DNA of 64,000 nucleotides, from assembly GCF_036321535.1 (NCBI RefSeq), contig NC_087436.1:91204001-91268000 (forward strand), written 5' to 3'. The notes beneath the pieces were generated by a model. It did not search any database and was not told the origin of the DNA. It saw only the letters and a list, made by a program, of their open reading frames with translations. Of the stretch, positions 54,241 through 64,000 are shown one piece after another. Made by a program: the position numbers and the translations under genes. Within the stretch, counting starts at the first letter, position 1. Every line of letters starts with the position of its first letter. Origin of the DNA: Camelus dromedarius (Eukaryota).

Positions 54241-55612
54241 ACTCATGATATATTTATACGATGGAATATGATGCCATTACAAAGCATAGCCTAAATAGCT
54301 ATGAGCTGATAGTTAAATATAGACACAATCTAATAAGTCACATAAGTAAGTCACAGAACATAGAATGCAGTCCCTAGTGTATACGTATGTAAATATACAT
54401 AGAGATGCATGTGCTTATATACGCATAGACGATATCTGGTGTAATACGCACCAAAGTGCCACTGATGACTCCTGAGGATTGGGATTTGCACCGGTGAAGG
54501 AAGCAGGATTCATCTCTTATTCAATGCACATTTCACTGCTTGGATCAGTTTAAAAGAACATATAATTTATGTAATTGAGAAAATAAAAGCTATTACTCGA
54601 CTTCCCCAACTGGAGGCTTTGGGTAAAATGAAGATTATCACACAGCACCCCTTGTTGGGAGAGGAGGAAGACTCTGATGCAGCTAGCTCTTACCAGGCAA
54701 TTTCAGAGCAGCATCTGGATCATTCATTGAACAAACCTGTTTGTCCCACTAACATCATTGCATATATAAAACACCACCAACAAGCAAAAGAATCCAATAA
54801 TCAGTTTTACGATGTGTATGTATAGAAACACATATTTATGTATAAAGAACGTTGTAAAGGGATGCACAGCAAACTTCAGTCTTAAAAGCCGCAGAGGATA
54901 GGGTAGAAGTGATGCTTTCTTCATACATCCATGTACATTTCAAACTTTACTTTCCAGATGCATCAAAATGATTTAGTTGTTAGTTCTGTAGTCATATGTA
55001 GTGCCGTCTTTTCTATTGTTATTTTTAAAGCTTTATACCTGGGATAATTTTCATTTACTATTGCACTGAAAAATGAGTGAACCACTGCAAAGAAGAAAAA
55101 GACAACACCAATATTAATCATATGTATTTGTTGTACCCTAAAAAAACAACCAATTATTGATCTCCAGTGATTCAGGTCCTGACTTGAGTGGCCTTTCTGT
55201 TTGCAAATGCAATTAGAGTCTAGTCAGTTCAATTTAAGAGTTCAGTCAAGTGAGTCATCTGGCTTAGAACCCTCCACACTTGTTGAGCATCTAAATGTAT
55301 TTTGAGAAACATAGATAAATAAAATACCCCCTCCACTCTCAGAGAGCTCCCAAAGAGCTAAATATATCATGTGAAAAATCTTTTGAGCTCTCCCAAGATT
55401 TAACTACTTCAAAATCTGAAAATACATCTATCCCCACAGGTACATTTTATCTAACTTTTAAAAAGCCATAAATCAAAACGCCTAAAACTCAAAAGAGAAG
55501 TGGGTTTTGGAGCTGAGAGGGGAAAATGATAGAGAGAATAATTGTGATCCTTTATTTCTGATAGGTATCTCAAAAAAAAAAAAAATTTAGTGAGCTCTTT
55601 GACCACAGGTGT

Positions 55613-56853
<1,241 letters not shown>

Positions 56854-59265
56854 TTATAGTAGATACTGGCCTTATTATCATTTAAACTGGATGTAAAATA
56901 ATTTTTAAAATTTTGGAGGAGGAAAATGATGGAGAAAGGATATTGGAACAAAAGGCTGTTTATGTCTGTGATTTAAGAGATTGATTGGAACCTTATTTAT
57001 GGAAGAATGTGAGGGTCTAACTGGGTCTGTAAAGAAGAGATCTTAGAAAATTATTTACCTTAAGACAAATCACCAAGCCTAAAACTCAGACCTGTATGAA
57101 AATAATACAAAGGAATGAGGAATCAGGGATGTAGAAGTGCGCGAATGATGAGTTTAGAATAGCCCTGTTTTAGAAAACCAATGATGTGATCTATTCTTTA
57201 CGTTCAATTCAGTAGGGAGGGTTTCTCAGAGCTAATCTTTTCTGCCAAATCCAGAAAATAATTGACTCATATATAATTACATACACAAGAATACACCAGG
57301 AAAAAGAAAAACAAATTCCTGACAACACTGGACTGATCAGATCAAAAGATTTTCTGAAATTAAAATAGGATTACTAATTGAAACGTCATTAATTGTATTT
57401 GCAGTGTCTCTGCACATCGATGGTAATTAATTATGTTGGATTCCTTGTGAATCTGATCACTCGCTTTATGGTACAGTCAGTGTAAGACTAGTAACTGTAA
57501 CATTTCAGAGTTTACATTTTAATGATAGGATAGAAAGCCTATGATGGTGAAGTAGTTTTTTTGTTTTTTTCCCTGAAAGTGATTAGCCAGCAATAGCCAT
57601 GGTTTCAACCGTATCAGGAGACTTTAGACCTTACCTTGCTGAATTATGTATTAAAATTTTGTACTTTTATTCTCATTTTAATATTTTGATTATTCATAAA
57701 ACATCCTGGTGCCTTTTTTTATTATAGCACTAAAAATCACTCAGTTCAGCAACACTTCATTACACTTAGTGTTTCTTGGTCTGGAAATTATGTACTAAGT
57801 AAGGCTGTTTCTATATCCAAAGTTAGGTTATTCACGAAGTCTCTATTATAAAGGCAGCAAGTATACGATCAATCTATTTATTTCACTGGGCTACATATAA
57901 TTAAGTTTCAAATTGATCTCTAAAATGTCAGGTATAGTAGTACCTGCAAATAAAGATTGTATTTCTTCTTGATTGGATCTAGTTTAGTGATACCAGGCCC
58001 TATGCTTCTAAAGAATATGCAGCTCTTTTTTTTCTACTTTTCTTTTTGAAGGATCTCCTCAAGGACTTAGAAGTCTCAAATCCTATGATTTCACTGCCTT
58101 CAAAGATTCAATACTCTGTTAAGTAACTGTAGTTCATATTATTATTATTTTAATAGATGCAATTAATATAAACATATTTTACGAATCAAATGTTGAGAAT
58201 TGGGAAAAAGACATTATGGGAATAGCTCTGTGAAACTTATTATCTAACTTGGGAAAAGTCATAGTTAGCTTCATTTTATCTCAGCTATATAATTCTAATA
58301 GTATGAATTGCTGAATATTTTATGAGTAAGATAATTAAATATAGCTGAAAGATTTTACTGGATTTCCAGAATATTGTCGATGCTCAGAAGAATACAATTT
58401 GTAAGGTATATATCTTCCCTTTAAGAGGCTTTAAATTCTGTGAAAAATTGCTTTTAAATTATTGTGACTAAGATAGTGTTGAAATTGAAATTAATTTAGG
58501 AGTTCAAACACCTGCTTGTAAATGTAAGATGTAAAATTCTTCCATTTTGTTTGTCAAAAATGAGTCAGAGTAATGTTAACATTATTTGTCTGGTATTTGA
58601 TTAAAGTCATTATTCAATACAGTTATGTTCTTTCGATGCTCTATATCAATAATTGCCACTCCTGCACAGAATAGGATTAATGTGCTATTTTGGGTCAGTG
58701 ATTCAACATTTATTTCTTCATATTTTATTTAAAAAAAAACTTCTAGTGTCTTAGAGAATGTTATTGAATAGTCTGCATTTTTGTTATCGATTAGTATGTT
58801 ACTTTATTTTAAAATTCCAATCTGTGTTTATTTTTATCTTTAACTTTGTAAGGAATAGGCCATAAACATTATATAAGATGTGTGCATAAATATAAGCCTT
58901 TTTACTCTCATTTAATAGTATATTTATCCATGTAAACATTACAACCTTTTCAAAATATGCATCCATAATTTTAAACTAAAATATATACAGAATAAAATAT
59001 CTCAATACCAAATCATACAGATGTTGAACAAAGAATGGATCAAATTCCACATTGTTTTTCCTTATTTACTCCTTTCCTATTTACATATTACTCTTTCTGA
59101 TAGGTTCTGATTAGCATACAATCTATTAAGCCAGAAATGAGGTTTAGATAATTTTCTTAATGAACTGTCTGAATATGGGACACACTACTTTTTTAGAGGA
59201 AAAGAAGAGGGTTTATTGTAATAGAATCTCTTTTGTGGGCATAGGTTTAGTGCTTAACCAGCACT

Positions 59266-59288
59266 TGATTGATTGATTGATTGATTGA
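59266..59288. repeat. (GATT)n microsatellite
   Basis: ttgattgattgattgattgattga. Confidence 0.9.
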
Positions 59289-60339
59289 TAAATGATTGGT
59301 TGTACTACAGTAACATCAGTTTGAAAGTTTTGTTGCCACATCTAGCCATGAGACATTACGGATACTTAAATGTTCTTTTCTCACCTTGACCCATGGAAAG
59401 TTTTATTTAACTTATAAATGTGGATCACTGAATTATATATAAAAGAGCACCTGCATATAATGGGCAAAGTTTATATCTACATATAATAACAATTTAATAA
59501 TATGAAAAATAGATAAGAAATGTATTTCAGTATATGGAAATAAGCAATAGATGACTAAAAGTTTTCTGTTTTCCCAAGTTTGTAATTGCTTAAGGAAGTG
59601 ACATTGACCTTTTTGTATTTAATAAATCTGTCCTCTGGGTCTCTTTAAACTGTTATGCACTGAACTTCTATACTATTTTAATTTTAATGATTTTGATCAG
59701 AGATTTTTATTTAGGTACATCGATTTATGAGTGAAACATTTATGAGTCTGAAAAAATTATGTAAACATTGTGGCCTATTTCATAATAATTTCTACTTTGC
59801 TTATCATGTCAGTTGATATAATAAAAAGCATAGGCTGATATGCAGCTTAAATTAGAGTGTTTTCTCTTGGGGTTAGAAAGTTAATTATGCAGTTAATTGG
59901 AAAATGTATTACAATGGAGGTAATCTTGTGTTATTCCCAGGGGTCTATTTTTTTTTTTAAATAAAGATTCACATTGTGTTTGTAATCTGACATCACAATG
60001 ATGGTGTATTGAACTCCAATAAATATATGTTGCATTTGACAAAACATTGAAAACATATACATCTAGTACTAAATTATTTTCTATAAGTGATATTCATCTT
60101 GAAAATGATGTTGCACTAACAAGTACAGGATGAATTCACAATGTGAGAGTGTTTGGGCATTTCCCATAGGATAGCAGGTAAGTTTTAGACAACAGATATA
60201 GATGAGCGAGCTAAAGTCTAAATTCATAACTTTGCTTAATTCTGGGCATAATATGCAAAGAAAGCATGTGATCATCATGACTGGAACCTGAACACAGGCT
60301 TGGAAGGCGTCTTCATCTTCTCCTAATCTGATCTTCCAC

Positions 60340-61420
60340 TTAGACAAATAGCCCTTCTACAGTATCCCTAACGAACATTCATCCAGATCGTGGTGAAATT
60401 CTTTAGGGATGAAGAACTTCTCCACTGGCTTTGATTGGTTAATGCTTAATAAAAATATCCTTTCTTACGTTGAGTCCAATGCTCTCCCTTAATAGCTCTT
60501 AATCATTCTTGTTTTTGGCTGCTATGGTTAAATAATTCATCATATATTTGAAGACGGCTGTCAAGTCACTCTCTCATGTTGAAATGTCCGTGGTATTTTT
60601 AAGCATTCTTTATATCTTTTGGGTTTTCAGATATCCTAGCTTTTCTGGTTCTTGCCTTCTATTGAAGATAATCTAATTTGTTAATTAGAGGCTTGTCTTT
60701 TTCTTTTCTTTCTCGCCCTCCTTTTTTCAATGATCTGTGGCAGAGAGTACTTGTTGCCTATTAAAATTCATTTTTTTCTTTACTAACAGAAGGCTAGTTT
60801 TATTAAAGACAAATCCAATAAAAATTCACACTCCTTAGCTCGCCAAGATAGCCATTCACGTATCTTCTGGCCAATCACGTTTAAGTAGAAAATGTTGGAT
60901 ATATTCTCCCTGAAAATGCCTTTGCATGGGAATCGACTCACATTGATGGACCTTTTCTTTTTACCCTTTTTTTTCTGACTGTAATTCAGAAAAAAGAGAT
61001 GGGTCCGTCATCTTGTCTTAATGAGGCAACAAGCCCTTGCTTAAGAGTGGCCGAACAGGAATACTGAAGGACAGCGGATCTCAGATTACGTTGTGGAACT
61101 GGCATACCTTCTTTGAATTGCACTTGATGTGAGAGAAAAAGAATTCACTAACTTGTTGCAGCTACTATTAGGGGTTTTGTTATATGTAGCCAAACTCAGC
61201 CTCTGATCCACTTTTTAAAAAATATAACTAAGGTAGTGTTGAAGATACAGGCTAATTTGATGATCATACCAAAATAGGGGCATGATACTTCTAGGGGTGC
61301 ATATATTATTTTAAGTGCTATGTTACACTGTGTACTTTGCTTAAATTTATTGTCCATTACAATTCTCAGGTCTTTTTTTTTTTTTTTAAACATAAGCTAC
61401 CATTTAGCTTTATCTTCTCA
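60340..61420 (-). mobile_element. L3/CR1 3' ORF2 remnant interrupted by an MLT1 LTR
   Basis: atatttgaagacggctgtca motif; ORF 61196-61393 KDLRIVMDNKFKQSTQC resembles CR1 KDLGVLVDxKLNMSQQC. Confidence 0.65.
60735..61205 (+). mobile_element. MLT1 (ERVL-MaLR) solo LTR
   Basis: ttctggccaat, catcttg...atgaggcaacaagc, atgtgagagaaaaa, ggttttgttatatgtagccaaac. Confidence 0.65.
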
Positions 61421-61824
61421 TATACAGATAGGATTTTTAAAATCTAAAATACAAGATGCATCACAGAGGGAAAACACAGGGCTTTAGGGGTCAAACGGGC
61501 CTAAATTTCAGGCCTATTTTTAAAAAATTCTTTACCCTTCATTTTTTGTCATCTATAAAATAGGGTTGTAACCATTGCTTCATTTTTTTTTAATAAGATT
61601 AAAAAAAAGTTAGCACTGTGAACAGCACATAGTAGGCCATTTAACAAAATGTAGGCATTTGTTGGTCTTGCGTCAGGTTTACGCCTACCCAGATCTTTGG
61701 GAATCTTAATTCCATTTTCTAGAATGTTAATTTTTCCCAACACTATGCTCTGGTCATTTGATATGAATATTCCACATGATCCTTCATTTAGATATGTTAG
61801 TAGATGGATAATTAATTATATATA

Positions 61825-61980
61825 GTAATGTTCTTAAAATTGAGTGTGCCTATGAATTACCTGGTCATCTTGTGAAAATGTCATTTCTGATGCATAAGTT
61901 TAGGGTGGGCCTGAAACTCTACATTTTTAAAAGGCTTCCAGGTAATAGCAGTCCATGTTTTACACTTTAAATAATAGGGA
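61825..61980. mobile_element. MER5A-like element
   Basis: gaattacctggtcatcttgtgaaaatg, agggtgggcctgaaactctacattttta, ccaggtaat. Confidence 0.75.
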
Positions 61981-64000
61981 TATAAATACCTTTGTGATTA
62001 GGGCTTCCATATTCCAATTCGTGAAACTGATTTTTTAAAATTATTTATTTTGGCATATGGTCTATGCAGCTGGCAAAGCATAAACTAAGGAGACTGGAAT
62101 TCAAGTTATACTATTTTTGATAATGTAACGTGATGTTTAAAGGGTATTAGAAAAAGCCACAGGTTTTGGATCTAGGGAGACATGTGTTTTAATATCCAAG
62201 TTACTAACCATGTAATCTTTGGCAAGTTATTTAAGAGGAAAGTGAGGATACAATATTTGATCTAAACATTAAATAATAGTTCCATACTAAGAAGCAAAAT
62301 TAGGGTTAGGGAAAATATTGTTAAAATGCAGGCCTTCTACTCCTCCTAATATTATCTTGATTCCATGTTTTTTACTTCATCAACAGATATTTATTGAAAA
62401 TGTTCTCTGTGTCAGACATTTCAATCTTTACCACACCTAGAATGATCTGTTTACCACTCACTCACCTTTCCTTATTTTTGTTTTATACTTCTTGGGCTTA
62501 GAGAAAACAAAAAGGCTGTGATAGGGAAAAATGGATTCTCATACAACTAGGAGTGTAGACGATCCCTTGGAATATTTATAGACAGATTCAAAATTCAGGT
62601 GCCTCAGGTTCGTTAATGATGTCTTCTCAGTGCACAGGGCAGTGCTGGAGGCTGGACTGATTGCCTGTGCCCTGCCACAACTTAGTGTTTGTGAAGTATT
62701 AGCAGCATGACTTCATACGTGTTGCATTATTGATTTGTAACCTGAATTTGTATTTGTCTTGCAGCCAAGATTTTGGAACACTGTACTCTTTCTGCTAACA
62801 ACCTGCTGATTTAAAGAACGTTTGCTTTCTTTCAGCCTATTTAAAAAAACTTGAAAAACATTTAGAAATCCTTGTTGATAATCTTTACTAGTGTAGAAGT
62901 GATTTGAACTGAGCATTTATAAAACATACCATAACAATGTTTAATTTTTTTTCTGCTAGCTATCACATAGGATAGTATTTTACCTTGTTGCAATCAGATT
63001 GCAAAGCCAATTACTTTTTTCTGCAATCTTTTAGTAGACTCTTTCGGATAAGTTTTCATTTAAAAAGAGATGGCAACACAGAGAATAATTTTCTCATAAA
63101 ATATGTGAATATAATCTTTTTTCTGATAGTATGATTGGAATTAGATCCATTTTGGAAGGTGCTTTACATTTATTATTATCTTATATTACTAGCCATAAAA
63201 GTCATGAGTAGGAAACTGAAGCAGAAACTATGTCTCTAATAAATACCAGACCTTTGGAGTACTATAATCTCTTCTAATTTATGCATAAGTGGGAAAATCT
63301 AATTATAATGCAAAACAGTATGTTACCCTACACCTCTGTAGGTCATTTTAGACAATTCTGAATTTCTGTTACATATTAAAAACAGATGAGTCAGTTATTT
63401 TTAAAAATACCCACCACATTTTTATGCAAGAAGAAAGGAACACACTATAGCTTGCTGTTTCACTTTAAATTTTCAGAGGAAATAGCACATTCATTATGTG
63501 AGAATGTTGCTACGTGGAAGAAGACTTGGTGGGCAGCAAACCATGATGACATGCCTACTTTTTGAAGAGAAATGAGGAAGAGTTTCTTTTAGAAAATGAG
63601 ACTGAGATGACTCTTGCAAACATCTGTTCCAATGTTAGATAAGAATTTTAGCAATGCTTATCTTTAGGTGATGCAGTTATTAGCATCCTTTATATGGCTA
63701 CAGCTATTATATTCATATATATGCAGTTATCGTATGCATTATGTATTACCAGCAGTTATTAGCCACACTTTGCTGGTTTTTATAAATTTCCACAAGCGTG
63801 TGTCCATTCACATCTGTAATGGGGAAAAATGACACCTAATTAATGTATGTCTCAAGAAAGCTTAGTGATGTTTATATTTCTTACCTAGCTTCATGGCAGT
63901 TTTCAAAGATGCTTAGAATAATAAAGTTAAAATGAGATTTTATTGCCATTCAAAACTTGGATCAAGTTTTTAAACTCTATCTGTTTCACCATGTTTTCAC

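Overview
AT-rich mammalian non-coding DNA, most likely camelid because it carries three vic-1-type tRNA-derived SINEs; it is intronic or intergenic. I recognise no host protein-coding gene. The main feature is a young, full-length ~7.1 kb LINE-1 on the minus strand (36184-43274) with a 15-bp target-site duplication (TSD), a CpG-rich 5' UTR, an open ORF1 and an ORF2 broken by stops and frameshifts. The rest is layered repeat: an older internally deleted L1, nested L1MC/L1ME-like remnants, short L1 3' fragments, L2, L3/CR1, MIR, LTR16B/MLT1-like LTRs and hAT elements (MER5A, MER20, MER58A, FordPrefect-like). The most unusual non-transposon signals are a recent 246-bp duplication with a complex 30-bp junction repeat and several small fold-back or tandem-duplication scars. 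There are also a few weak candidate exons. I found no convincing novel biological system. Repeat family names come from remembered consensus motifs, not database searches, and boundaries of old repeats are approximate.
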